Positions 63,370 to 64,000 of a DNA stretch of 64,000 nucleotides are shown here, one piece after another. The stretch lies in contig NC_092677.1 of assembly GCF_964355755.1 (NCBI RefSeq), positions 24,973,175-25,037,174 of the forward strand, read 5' to 3'. Both the position numbers and the translations under genes were made by a program. Positions within the stretch are counted from its first letter, which is position 1. The number at the start of each line of letters is the position of its first letter. The DNA comes from Antedon mediterranea. Its lineage: Eukaryota; Animalia; Echinodermata. The notes under the pieces were generated by a model, which ran no database searches, had not been told where the DNA came from, and was given only the letters and a program-made list of their open reading frames with translations.

Positions 63370-63965
63370 CGAGAAAATGGAAAAACCCACACTAGTAAGT
63401 TTTTCTTTGGTATGCGACGTATTGAACTGTGACTTTTGGAAATTATAAATCGTTTTTAATGCTAACAAGGCAAGCCAAATTCAATTGAAATTGAAAAAAA
63501 AACCACACTAGTAAGTTTTTCTTTGGTATGCGACGTCTTGAATTGTGATTGGCTAAAAATAGGCCTAGTTACATCTTTGTAATGCAAACAAGAATCCAGG
63601 TAAGCAAAAATCACTGGAATCGGAAAATCCCACACTAGTAAGTTTTTCTTTGGTATGCGACGTCTTGAATTGTGATTGGCTGAAAATAGTTACATCTTTG
63701 TAATACAAACAAGAATCCAGGGAAGCAAAAATCACTAGAAATCGGAAAAACCCACACTAGTAGGTTTTTCGTCGGCATGCAACGTATCGAATTGTGATTG
63801 GCTGAAAATCTATAGTACCGTACGTCTTTCTAATGCTGGTAAGTTTTTAATATAATAGTATGGTATGCGATGTCTTGAATTATTAGGCCTACTGGCTGCT
63901 TGAAAACTATTAAATCCGTTATAAAATGCAAACAAGAATCCCGGTATGCCAAAATCATTGGAAAT
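63370..63965. repeat. ~120-bp degenerate tandem repeat
   Basis: Core AAAACCCACACTAGTAAGTTTTTCTTTGGTATGCGACGT.TTGAATTGTGATTGG at ~63378, 63491, 63622, 63744 and a partial copy at 63838. One solo copy at 60445-60515. Confidence 0.8.
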
Positions 63966-64000
63966 CCGGAAATAAATTTGTTTTCTATACCCAGGGAGTT

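Overview
AT-rich, intron-rich animal genomic DNA, probably from an invertebrate deuterostome (it carries Deu-domain SINEs). Protein genes: an intronless BTB-BACK-Kelch gene (-), a 38-coding-exon CHD8-like (CHD6-9/kismet) chromatin remodeller (+), an SLC52A riboflavin transporter (-) head-to-head with a complete SAMHD1 (+), a frameshifted SAM-methyltransferase-like pseudogene, and exon 1 of a second SAMHD1 paralogue that the ORF track misses. The main hidden signal is non-coding. The CHD8-like introns hold 18 box C/D snoRNA genes in five families, never more than one per intron. Their guides match those of SNORD37, SNORD21, SNORD104 (two register-shifted variants) and SNORD8/9 (mgU6-53, hosted by CHD8 in humans). 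At least two snoRNA duplications are physically tied to a minisatellite-bearing MITE. Other signals: an intact minimal hammerhead ribozyme and two decayed ones, a 5S-rRNA-derived SINE candidate, a GC-AG intron, an unassigned ~190-nt structured intronic RNA candidate, and nested transposons. Everything was read by eye. Homology and target assignments rely on recalled sequences and need database confirmation.
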